Positions 48,831-57,908 of a stretch of DNA of 60,895 bases are shown here, in pieces; the stretch's first letter is position 1; each line of letters starts with the position of its first letter. The stretch is from a virus (lineage: Duplodnaviria; Caudoviricetes). The stretch lies in IMG/VR virus record IMGVR_UViG_3300049432_000039, positions 1-60,895 of that record; one strand, 5' to 3'. The position numbers and the translations under genes were made by a program. Below the pieces are notes generated by a model that was not told the origin of the DNA, searched no databases, and saw only the letters and a program-made list of their open reading frames with translations.

Positions 48831-49262
48831 ATGGTCGTGGCTGCTCGGCCCGACGAACTGGCCGCCGTGCTGGCGCATCTGCGCGCCTCGACCGACATCG
48901 CGGCGCTCGCGTCTACCCGGATCACGTCGCGGCTCCAGCCGTCCTGGTCGGGCATGCCGACCTACGCCGTGATCGTCAGGCGGGCAGGCGGGCCGCCCGG
49001 GAAGCGCCAAATCAACGTCATGCGGACCCGGATGGACGTCTTCTGCTACGGCGCCACCGAGGCGCTCTCCGTCGCGCTCTGGCGACAGGTCGACGCCGTG
49101 TTCTGCCCCGGCCAGGAGCGCCTCGTCTCATTCACGGCGAGCGGGTGTCGGGTCTACAGCGTCGATCCCGAGGCGATGCCGGCGAGCGACCTGGAGCCGG
49201 GCACCGAATGGCCCAGGACGACCTGCTCCTACATCGTCTCCTGGTGCGGAGTAAGCGTATGA
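48831..49262 (+). CDS. Putative tail terminator
   Basis: RRAGG..MDVFCYG; position. Confidence 0.6.
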   Translation: MVVAARPDELAAVLAHLRASTDIAALASTRITSRLQPSWSGMPTYAVIVRRAGGPPGKRQINVMRTRMDVFCYGATEALSVALWRQVDAVFCPGQERLVSFTASGCRVYSVDPEAMPASDLEPGTEWPRTTCSYIVSWCGVSV

Positions 49263-49834
49263 ACGGGAAACTGATGCTGCCCCACTGGCTGCCGACGCAC
49301 GCCGAGCGCGACGATCGCGAACGCTGGCTGTCCAAGAGCTACCTCCTGGTCAAGATCGGCGGCAACGATGGGTACGACATCATGCGCTGCAAGCGGTGTC
49401 GCCAGAAGCACCCGTACTTGACCCTGATGTGCATCGAGCAGCCATTCGACGGCGCGACTCGCGGGATCTACGCCTTCTACCATGCCCTCGGTGTGGCCGG
49501 CGCGGAGATGTGGCTCTCGCCCATCGAGCGCGCCCGCTTCAACAAGGCGGCGCGGCTGTTCGGCCCGTCCAAGGGTCTCCCGCACCTCGCCACCAGCCAC
49601 CCGCAACTAGCGCGGTCCCTCAAGACCGAGGAGGACGCGGCCGATATCGGTGCCTTCCCTTTGGGCAAGCTGGAGCCGATCCCGCGCACGATGGCCCAGA
49701 AGCTCCTGGACAAAATCAACGCTACGGGCCTGCAACCACCGCTGGTGGTGCCGGGCCTACTCACCAACGGTAAGGTCGGCGTCCTTGCGCCGCTTTCAGG
49801 AGGACATAGCGATGCGCTACTTGGGTCCGGCTGA
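49259..49834 (+). CDS. Hypothetical protein with CxxC motif
   Basis: Coupled ORF in the tail operon. Confidence 0.55.
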   Translation: MNGKLMLPHWLPTHAERDDRERWLSKSYLLVKIGGNDGYDIMRCKRCRQKHPYLTLMCIEQPFDGATRGIYAFYHALGVAGAEMWLSPIERARFNKAARLFGPSKGLPHLATSHPQLARSLKTEEDAADIGAFPLGKLEPIPRTMAQKLLDKINATGLQPPLVVPGLLTNGKVGVLAPLSGGHSDALLGSG

Positions 49835-50020
49835 CACGCTCATGCTCGAAGAGGGTGGCAAGGTCTACCGCCCCGGCGACAATGTCCCGATCTCGAAGGC
49901 ATCGGCCGAGCACATGGGCAAGGTCGAGAACGGCGGCCACCTGTTCGAGGGCATGGCCGCACCGGAGCGGCCGGCTGCGTCAGACATCAACGTCGCCAAG
50001 GCGCAGGCCGAGAAGTAGCA

Positions 50021-50119
50021 GTGTCCCGTCCGACGCGCACCTTGCACGAGTCGCTGATCCGACTGGCGAAGGGCGCGATTACGGCGTGGGAGGCATGGCT
50101 CAAGGCCCAGGCAGAGTAG
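50021..50119 (+). CDS. 32-aa amphipathic peptide
   Basis: MSRPTRTLHESLIRLAKGAITAWEAWLKAQAE. Confidence 0.45.
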   Translation: MSRPTRTLHESLIRLAKGAITAWEAWLKAQAE

Positions 50120-50250
50120 AATATCGAGGACAACCGAAGACACGTCAGGCTCGCCGCGAGGAACGCTGGACCGCCGCCCTCGCCTGAACGCCACCCTGGC
50201 CCGCCGACCCGTGCCGCTGAGGCATCGGGTCGAGGAAAAGGGTTTGACCC

Positions 50251-50865
50251 GTGGCGTTCAACGCAGCCGCCGTCTTGTTCGGGAGAGACTTTAAAGTCTT
50301 CAGCGTGGCGTGGTCTTCGACCAACGTCATCCCCGCCAACACCGTCCTCTACGGCACCGACTGGGGCACCCCGGCCGGGCAGACCAACCCCTGGGTCGAG
50401 GTCGGCTACACCGACGGCGGGTTGAACTTCGGGATCGAGATCACGCGCGGCGAGATCCGGGTGGACCAGAGCCTCGACCCGATCGCGCGCCCGGCCACCG
50501 GGCGGAACATGACGCTCTCGACCCAGATGGCCGAGTTCACCGCCGCGAACATCCGCGCCGCCGCCGGCCAGGGCACGGTCAATGCCGTTGCTGCGACAAC
50601 CGCAGCACGTGGATACAACGACCTCGACATAGACCCGACGATTACGGACAACTACCGCTCGATCGGGTACGACATCCAGCACCCCGGCGACTCGGAGGCG
50701 TTCCGCATCATCGGCTGGAAGACCATCCCAAGCGGCGGCGTCACCGGCACCATCAACCCCGAGGACAACGCCACCATCGGGCTCGATGTGACGTGCTTCC
50801 CGGACACGAGCGTCACCCCGAACAGGGTCCTAAAACTGCGCGACATCGTGGCCATCGGCGCCTAA
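50251..50865 (+). CDS. Major tail tube protein
   Basis: WVEVGYTDGG..VDQ; position. Confidence 0.8.
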   Translation: MAFNAAAVLFGRDFKVFSVAWSSTNVIPANTVLYGTDWGTPAGQTNPWVEVGYTDGGLNFGIEITRGEIRVDQSLDPIARPATGRNMTLSTQMAEFTAANIRAAAGQGTVNAVAATTAARGYNDLDIDPTITDNYRSIGYDIQHPGDSEAFRIIGWKTIPSGGVTGTINPEDNATIGLDVTCFPDTSVTPNRVLKLRDIVAIGA

Positions 50866-50935
50866 TCCGCACGAGCGAATTGCAACGGGTGGGCCGGGGC
50901 ACTGAGTCTCGGCCCACCGGGGGAACACCAGCGCG

Positions 50936-51451
50936 ATGAGTGCGAACGAGACGAACGGCACGGGCGGCTTCGTACGCCCACTTCTGGACCTGGGCGACCT
51001 CACGCCGGAGAAGCAGGCCATCGCCACGGTCCTACGCGACGGGCAACCCGTCACGCTCTGGGGTTGGGTCGACGGCCGACGCTGCCCCGGCTACGTCAAG
51101 TCGGCGGTTGCGGCCCATCGGCGCACCTACCGCGACGCCGTCTACCAGCCGGGCGAGCCTGACGAGCTCGGACAGCACGTCGAGGTCTTCACCCACTCGC
51201 CGCTGGCCTACGACGACTACAAGCGGGACGTGCTGCTCGCGGTCATCGAGGGGCTGGAGTACACCGAGGCCGCCGTCCTCGCCGGCAACGACGACACCGC
51301 CATGACGGTGCTGCGCCGTCTTCGCTGGGTCGAAGATGAGGAGGAGGCGACCGACTCCCCGGAAGCCGAGGGGGCGCCGGCGACGCCCCCGACTACGCCG
51401 GACTCTTCGCCGACCTCGCTTCCATCGGCATCTCGCCGGACACGGCGCTGA
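50936..51451 (+). CDS. Tail assembly chaperone (G)
   Basis: Between tail tube and tape measure genes. Confidence 0.7.
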   Translation: MSANETNGTGGFVRPLLDLGDLTPEKQAIATVLRDGQPVTLWGWVDGRRCPGYVKSAVAAHRRTYRDAVYQPGEPDELGQHVEVFTHSPLAYDDYKRDVLLAVIEGLEYTEAAVLAGNDDTAMTVLRRLRWVEDEEEATDSPEAEGAPATPPTTPDSSPTSLPSASRRTRR

Positions 51452-51765
51452 GGCTGCCCGAATGCTTCATGATCGCCCTCTACCACGAGGTGCCACGCCT
51501 GACGGCCGCCCGCCGGCTGGATGCCGCGACGGCCGCCGACTATCCGGGCTGGAAGCCGGCGACCCGCTCGCGCTGGTGGAAGGAGCAGGCGGCGCTGATC
51601 TCCGGCCCGCGCCGCTCCGCGCGGCGTTCGGCCCGTCGGAGACAGGCCGGGCAGGATGTCCCGTATCGGCGGACGGCCGCCCTCTTCTGGAACAGCGCAC
51701 CGATTGGCGGGGGCGGCCTCAAGCGCGAGCTGGCGGGCGCGCTGGGCGGCGGGTTCTCAGCGTGA
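51358..51765 (+). CDS. Tail chaperone -1 frameshift extension (T)
   Basis: -1 frame open from 51340 to 51765; candidate slip site C CCG GAA at 51358. Confidence 0.55.
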   Translation, partial: PGSRGGAGDAPDYAGLFADLASIGISPDTALRLPECFMIALYHEVPRLTAARRLDAATAADYPGWKPATRSRWWKEQAALISGPRRSARRSARRRQAGQDVPYRRTAALFWNSAPIGGGGLKRELAGALGGGFSA

Positions 51766-51770
51766 CGATG

Positions 51771-52106
51771 CTACAGGTCCAGCGCGGCCAGCGTCCAGCG
51801 ATTGCCCCCGGACGGACGGACGGTGCATGCGTAGCGGGTGCGAATCTGCGCACCGAAACCGTTCTGGGAGTCGACGGCGGCCCGGACGGACACGCTGCCA
51901 TCGGCCAGTCTGACCGCCGAGTCCGTCGCCTGGCGCGGGAACACGGCGGTCGATGGCGCCTTCAGGCGCTCGCGCACGAAGTCGCGGCAGACGACCACGG
52001 CGCCCGTCTCGTCCTGTGTGCGTGGACGGCGGTCGTCCCAGGCCACGAGCACGATCGTCGCCAGGATCGCCAGCGGCAGCACCCCAAGCAGCACCACCAT
52101 CTTCAT
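51771..52106 (-). CDS. Antisense membrane-anchored protein (moron)
   Basis: N-terminal TM; LKAPSTA.F..VDSQNGFGA. Confidence 0.7.
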   Translation of the reverse strand: MKMVVLLGVLPLAILATIVLVAWDDRRPRTQDETGAVVVCRDFVRERLKAPSTAVFPRQATDSAVRLADGSVSVRAAVDSQNGFGAQIRTRYACTVRPSGGNRWTLAALDL

Positions 52107-52237
52107 CGGCCATATTCCCCCAAGCGCGGAGCGTACGTTCATCCGCTCGCGCCGCGCCGTAACAGATCCGTACGCCCGGCGTACAGCCCGCCGACCAGGC
52201 GTAACAGTTCCGTACAGACGACACCCGGGGGCGCCTG

Positions 52238-55200
52238 ATGGTGGTAATTGGGAGCGCCGAGTATCAGCTCCTCGTCAACATCCCGGCCCTGAAGGCCGCC
52301 TTCCAGCAGGCCGAGAAGGAGGCTGCGGCCGGCGCGGCGAAGGTCGCCTCGGCCGTCGATGCCGGATCAGCGAAGCTCGACGCCGCCGCCAAGAAAGCAG
52401 CCGATGCGCAGGTCCGCGAGGCTGCCCGTGCCTCGGCCGCCGTCGCGAAAGAGGCCAAGAAGTCCGCCGACGCGCAGGCCCGCGAGGCAGCACGAGCAGC
52501 CTCCGCTGCCGCGAGCGAGGCGAAGAAAGCGGCCGATGCGCAGATCAGGGAGGCCAACCGCGCGGCAGCGGCCCAGGAATCGGCCGCACGGAAGGCGGCG
52601 GCGACGCGGCTCTCGGTTCAGCGCGTCGTGGGCGGTGCGGTTGGATCTGTCGCCGGTGTCGCCGGCGCCGGCACGCTGGCGGGCGCCGGCCCGGCCGGGT
52701 TCGCCGCCGCCGGCGTGCTTGCCGCGACCGCCGGCTTCAGCGAGGCCGTCAAACAGACGACGGAGTTGGAGCAGGCCCAGCGCAAGGTCAACGTCCTCTA
52801 CGCCGAGGGCGCTGCCGCCGTCACCGCGTTCGCCAAGGCGCAGGCCGCCGCCTCGCCCGGCCAGACCACCAAGGACTACCTCGAAGCCGCCGCCGTCGTC
52901 AAAACGCTGGCCGCCAACTACGGCCTGTCTGCCGACCAGCTCAAGCAGGTTATCAAGCTCGGCGCCGACTACGCGGCCGTCACCGGCACCGACGTCGCGG
53001 ACGCCACTAAGCGGGTCTCGGACGCCATCCGGGGCGAGGCCGAGTCCGCCGAGGCACTCGGGCTGACGCTGAACTCCGACGCCATCAAGGCGATGGCGCA
53101 GATGACGGACGAGCAGCGCAAGAACTGGGAGACGCTCGACCCGCTCATCAAGGCCCAGATCATCCTCCGTGAGGCGCTCAAGCAAGGCGCGGTCGTCCAG
53201 GGCGAGGCCGCCAAGGGCGCCGACGGCATGAGCGGCGCCTTCGAGAAACTGAGCAAGGCCGGGAACGAGCTCGGCACCGCCATCGGTGGGAGTGCGACCG
53301 TCGGCGTGGCCGACTTCGTCTCGGGGGTGGCCGACGGCATCACGGTCGTCGGCCGGTTCGTGAAGAGCCTCGATGAGATCCCCGGCAAGATCGCCGCGAT
53401 GAACGAGGCGGTCCGGAACGCGCCGTCCGTGCAGGGCGGCATCCCCCGCGCCGGCAGCTTCGACGACCCGGCCACGGCGCCCCGTCCCCAGTTCGGGCCG
53501 ACCGCCGAGGAGGTCTCTGCCGCGCAGGCCGCGCAGAAGGCCATCGCCGCCGCCGCCCAGGATGCGGCCAACGTCGCCAAGCGCGCCGCCGCCGAACGCA
53601 AGGCCGCCGCCATCGACGCGGCCGAGGCCGAAGTCGCCGCCGCCAAGCGGGTCGCCGATCTCGCCTCGGACGTGCATACCGGGCAGGCGTCGGCCGCTCG
53701 TGAGGCGGCGGCCACGGCGCAGGACGCCATCGAGGCGACCAGAGACAAGGACATCGCCGCCGCCCAGGACCGCAAGGAGGCCGACCTCGCCGCGTTCGAC
53801 GCGAGGGCGCAGGCGTCCAGCGACTACTTCCGGGGGCTCATCGCCGACGCCGAGGCGGCCAGGGATGCCGAGATCGCGGCCGTCAATGCCCGCAAGGAAG
53901 CGGCGCTCTCGGCCATCTCCGCCGAGCGGTCGGCCCAGTCCTCAACCCGCCGGACCGAGGATCGGGCGCTGGCCGACTCCAGGCGGGCCGAGGATCGGGC
54001 GCGCTCGTCGTCCGGTCCCGCCTTCGGCGGCAGTGGCGGCGGGGGCATCGTCCTGGACCCGAAGGCTCACGAGCACGCCGCCGCGTCGGCGTCCAAGGGG
54101 GCTGCCGAGGCCAGAGACGCCGGCCAGGTTGCCGCCGCCGACATCCTGGGCATCGCCGAGGCCACGGCCAAAGCCGCCGCCGACCGTTCGGCCGCCGTCA
54201 TCAAGGGCTTCGAGGCCGAGGCCGAGGCCGCCAGACGGGCGGCCGATGCCACCATCCGGGGGATCGAGCAGGAGGAGCAGGCCGCCCGCAAGCAGGCGGA
54301 CGCCGCCATTCGGGGGATCGCGGACCGCGAGCGCGCCGAGAACGAACGGCACGATCAGGCGACCCGCAACCTCGACGCCGAGGCGCAGCAGGCGTTGGGC
54401 GCCATCGATGACCAGCTCGAGGCGCTCGACGAGGAGCAACGCGCCCGCGACCGCGCCCGGACCGACCGCGACCTGGCCGAGAACCTCCGCTCGGCGCGGA
54501 CCCTCAGGGAGCGGCAGGCGGCGGCCAGGGCCATCGCCGATGAGAAGGCTCGCCGCGCGTTCGAGGACAAGCGCGCCGACCTCCAGGGCCAGAAGCAGGA
54601 CATCCAGGACGATGTCGCTAAGAGACGGCAGGCCGAGGACGAGCGCCACGCCGCCGAGCTCGACAACCTGGCCCAGGAGAAGCAGGCCGTCGCCGACCGT
54701 CTGGCCGCGACCCTGGAGGGGCTGGCCGCCGAGAAGCAGGCCGTCGCCGACACGCTCCAGGCGACGCTCGACGGCGTCCAGGTCCGGATCGAGGCCGAGC
54801 AGGCGCGGTCCAAGGCCGAGATCGACGGCATCGAGCGCGCCGCCGTCATCGCCGCCAGCACGGCGGAGTACGCAGCCGCGCAGCGGGCGGATATCGCCGA
54901 CGCCGAGGCCGCGCACGAGCGGATGCTGGCCGAGAAGAACGCCCAGGCCGCCCAGGGCGCCATTGACGACCGGCGGGCCCTTGAGGACCAGGCTCTCGAA
55001 GACCGGCGCCTCGCCGAGGACCGGGCGATCGAGGACCGCAGGCGGGCCGAGGACGATGCGCTGGACGCCCGCGAGAAGCAGATCGAGGACGAGGCCAAGG
55101 CCCAGATCGACGCCATCAAGGAAGTCTACGACGGCCCCGGCGGGATCATCCCGAGCCTCCGCCAGCGCGAGCAGGAGGAGGCTCGCTCGATCGCCCGCCT

Positions 55201-56065
55201 CAAGAAGGCGCGCGAGGACGCGGCCGACGACGAGATCGCGGATATTCGTCGGATCGCCAAGCAGCGCATCGACGACGGCGCGAAGGCGCTCAAGGCCCGG
55301 CTCGACCAGATCAACCGAGAACAGAAGCGCTGGGAGGCATACGTCGAGCGCGTCCTCAAGGATTTGGAGCGGATCAGGCGGGGGCAGTCGGCGCTCTCCG
55401 GCACCGGCCTGCCGCCCGGCACCGGCGCCCTGGGCGGGCAGGGCGGCCTCTCCGGCGGCCGCAGCTACCCGCTCCCGACGCTGCTCAGGGCGCAGATCCC
55501 CGGCGCCCTCGCTGGCGCCTGCGGGGGCGGCAAGTGCTGCTGCTGCTGCTCCTGCGACGAGGGCGGGGGCGATGCCGACCCCTCGCCGCCCGGGGGTGGC
55601 ACGGTTCCGACCGTGGCCTGGTACAAGAACGTCAACCCCACCATAGGGCCGGTCGGGACCTGGACACGGACCCTGCCGGACGGGACGAGGGAATGGGGCG
55701 GCACGGGCCCGAGCTCCCCGCCCGAGACGTACGCGCGGGGCACCGACTTCGTGCCGCGCGACCAGCTCGCCTATCTGCACAAGGGCGAGGCGGTGCTGAC
55801 CGCGACCGAGAACGCCGCTCGGATGGCGCGGGCGCCAGCCCTCCGCCTGGGCAGCGTAGCGGGCGCTCGCCCGGCCGTGATGACGATGCCGGGCGCCAGC
55901 ACGAGCAGCAGCCACATCGGCCCGGTCCACATCACCATCAACGGCGCCGACAAAGACCCGATAGCGATAGCGACGGCCGTCATGGACGAGTTCGCGACCG
56001 TCCTGGATAACGCCGAGCGGAAGGCTCCACGCCGCGCCTCCCCGCGATTGGCGGGCGCCCAATGA
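52238..56065 (+). CDS. Tape measure protein
   Basis: 1275 aa, Ala-rich helical; YARGT..LHKGEAVL near the C-terminus. Confidence 0.9.
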   Translation: MVVIGSAEYQLLVNIPALKAAFQQAEKEAAAGAAKVASAVDAGSAKLDAAAKKAADAQVREAARASAAVAKEAKKSADAQAREAARAASAAASEAKKAADAQIREANRAAAAQESAARKAAATRLSVQRVVGGAVGSVAGVAGAGTLAGAGPAGFAAAGVLAATAGFSEAVKQTTELEQAQRKVNVLYAEGAAAVTAFAKAQAAASPGQTTKDYLEAAAVVKTLAANYGLSADQLKQVIKLGADYAAVTGTDVADATKRVSDAIRGEAESAEALGLTLNSDAIKAMAQMTDEQRKNWETLDPLIKAQIILREALKQGAVVQGEAAKGADGMSGAFEKLSKAGNELGTAIGGSATVGVADFVSGVADGITVVGRFVKSLDEIPGKIAAMNEAVRNAPSVQGGIPRAGSFDDPATAPRPQFGPTAEEVSAAQAAQKAIAAAAQDAANVAKRAAAERKAAAIDAAEAEVAAAKRVADLASDVHTGQASAAREAAATAQDAIEATRDKDIAAAQDRKEADLAAFDARAQASSDYFRGLIADAEAARDAEIAAVNARKEAALSAISAERSAQSSTRRTEDRALADSRRAEDRARSSSGPAFGGSGGGGIVLDPKAHEHAAASASKGAAEARDAGQVAAADILGIAEATAKAAADRSAAVIKGFEAEAEAARRAADATIRGIEQEEQAARKQADAAIRGIADRERAENERHDQATRNLDAEAQQALGAIDDQLEALDEEQRARDRARTDRDLAENLRSARTLRERQAAARAIADEKARRAFEDKRADLQGQKQDIQDDVAKRRQAEDERHAAELDNLAQEKQAVADRLAATLEGLAAEKQAVADTLQATLDGVQVRIEAEQARSKAEIDGIERAAVIAASTAEYAAAQRADIADAEAAHERMLAEKNAQAAQGAIDDRRALEDQALEDRRLAEDRAIEDRRRAEDDALDAREKQIEDEAKAQIDAIKEVYDGPGGIIPSLRQREQEEARSIARLKKAREDAADDEIADIRRIAKQRIDDGAKALKARLDQINREQKRWEAYVERVLKDLERIRRGQSALSGTGLPPGTGALGGQGGLSGGRSYPLPTLLRAQIPGALAGACGGGKCCCCCSCDEGGGDADPSPPGGGTVPTVAWYKNVNPTIGPVGTWTRTLPDGTREWGGTGPSSPPETYARGTDFVPRDQLAYLHKGEAVLTATENAARMARAPALRLGSVAGARPAVMTMPGASTSSSHIGPVHITINGADKDPIAIATAVMDEFATVLDNAERKAPRRASPRLAGAQ

Positions 56066-56418
56066 GCAGCAGTTTCGGCAGCCTCGCCTTCCGCCCGTCG
56101 CGCGAGGACGTGCTGGTGCCGCTGCCGGCCCAGGACTATCTCGCCCCGGAGCGCGCCGTCCCGTACGCGCCGGGCGGGGGCCTCCTGGTGGTCGACCTGG
56201 GCGGCCTGGGCGCGCGCCACTACGACGACGTCATCTACGTTCTGCCTGCCGACGCCGCCAACTGGCGGTCGGCGCTGGGGACGACCGCCGCGCTGACGGT
56301 GGCCGACGTCTCCTACGGCTCGGCCGTCCTGGTCACCCTGGCCGACGAACAGGTCACGTTCGGGCGCGATCTGTACGCCTTTTCGGCTCGCTTCGTGATC
56401 GGTGCCGTGGCGGCCTGA
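56062..56418 (+). CDS. Distal tail (Dit-like) protein
   Basis: Directly follows the tape measure gene. Confidence 0.55.
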   Translation: MSSSFGSLAFRPSREDVLVPLPAQDYLAPERAVPYAPGGGLLVVDLGGLGARHYDDVIYVLPADAANWRSALGTTAALTVADVSYGSAVLVTLADEQVTFGRDLYAFSARFVIGAVAA

Positions 56419-57908
56419 TGGCATCATCGTTTGGCGCGTTGGCCTTCCGGAGCGTCCGCGACGACGTCTGGGTGGCGCTGCCGGCCCGCGACTCCCTCGC
56501 AACCGAGCGCCCGGTGCCGAACGGCGGCGGCGGCGGCTTCGTGGCGGTCGACGCGGCCGGCCTGGGCGCGCACCACTACGACGCCCTCATCACCGTGCTG
56601 CCGGCCGTCGTCGCCGCGTGGCGCGCAGCGCTCGGGACCATCGATGCCCTGACGGTCGCGGACGTGGCCTACGGCGACGCCGTGCTGGTGCAGCTCTCCG
56701 ACGAGCAGGTATTGCTCGACCGCAGCCTGCACACGCTCCAGGCCAGGTGGTTGCTGGACGCGGAGGCCTACGCCCTGACCGACGGGGACGGCGGCGGCGC
56801 CGGCGGCGGGGCCGGCAGCGGCTTGACCGGCGGCGGGGGCGACGACGGGACCGGGGCCGATGGCAACGCCTCGGACGGCACCTACTCCTTCCCGTGCTGG
56901 CCGGCCGAGCCGATGGTCCTGCTGCACGCCGACACCGGGTACTACGGCTACTCATCAGCCGGCGACTGGCTCTACCCGGCCGGGATCCGCCTCGGCACGC
57001 CCCTCCAGCAGAGCCGCTGGCGCTACGGCCGCATCGAGGGCGCCACGACCACGGGCGCCCACGTGCCGACGATCGTCTGGTCGTGGGAGAGCGGCTGCAA
57101 GGTCTATTCGAACGACCCCACCGGCCAATGGCCGGTTGGCGTCCTGCCCCTCGACTCGATGCAGACGACCGCCCGCACGCTGTTCTACGCGGCCCCGGCC
57201 GGGGTCGGGCTGTCCCTGCACGGGCTCTATCGGTGCGGGGCGCACGGCGTCTGGCTCAAGATTTGGGACGCGCCGTCATTGGGCGCCTTCTCCTTCGGGG
57301 CCGGCGGGCTTGAGTTCGACGGCCTCGGCGGCTTCTTGTCAGACGACACGGTCTGGGTCGCCATCGAGGACGGGAGCCTGATCCGCGTCTGGATGTACAA
57401 CCCGATCCTCCCTGAGTCGCCGTCCGGGATCGGCACGTCGGTCGCCACCTTCGCGACCGTGGGATCGAACGTGCCCGCTGTCGGCCTGATGCGGGGATCT
57501 GAGGACGGGACGTTCTGCGTCGTGGTCGCCCGCGTCGACGCCGTCTGGGGCATGTACGTGGTCACGGCCTCGGGCGCCACGGCCGCGACCGGAGCCGCCT
57601 TCTCCGCCTCCATGACCGAACTGTTGCAGCGCGGGACGACCTGGGTCGGGATGGTCCCCGGCGACGGCCTCTATCGCTCGTCGGACGACGGCGCGACCTG
57701 GGCGCAGGTCTACACGGGCGACTGCCTGCGCGCGACGCCGGGCGACACCGACGAGTGGTGGTCAGCTCGGGCCGACGAGGCGACCCTGCTGCGCTCGACC
57801 GACGACGGCGCGACGTGGACCGAGATCCCGTACGCGACGGCGCTCGGATCGAGCCCGCCGACCCCGACGACGTTCGACGCCATCCTCGGACAGGAGATGG
57901 TGTATTGA
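56418..57908 (+). CDS. Duplicated Dit-like domain fused to an Asp-box beta-propeller
   Basis: N-terminus paralogous to 56062-56418; S.DDGATW repeats. Confidence 0.6.
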   Translation: MASSFGALAFRSVRDDVWVALPARDSLATERPVPNGGGGGFVAVDAAGLGAHHYDALITVLPAVVAAWRAALGTIDALTVADVAYGDAVLVQLSDEQVLLDRSLHTLQARWLLDAEAYALTDGDGGGAGGGAGSGLTGGGGDDGTGADGNASDGTYSFPCWPAEPMVLLHADTGYYGYSSAGDWLYPAGIRLGTPLQQSRWRYGRIEGATTTGAHVPTIVWSWESGCKVYSNDPTGQWPVGVLPLDSMQTTARTLFYAAPAGVGLSLHGLYRCGAHGVWLKIWDAPSLGAFSFGAGGLEFDGLGGFLSDDTVWVAIEDGSLIRVWMYNPILPESPSGIGTSVATFATVGSNVPAVGLMRGSEDGTFCVVVARVDAVWGMYVVTASGATAATGAAFSASMTELLQRGTTWVGMVPGDGLYRSSDDGATWAQVYTGDCLRATPGDTDEWWSARADEATLLRSTDDGATWTEIPYATALGSSPPTPTTFDAILGQEMVY

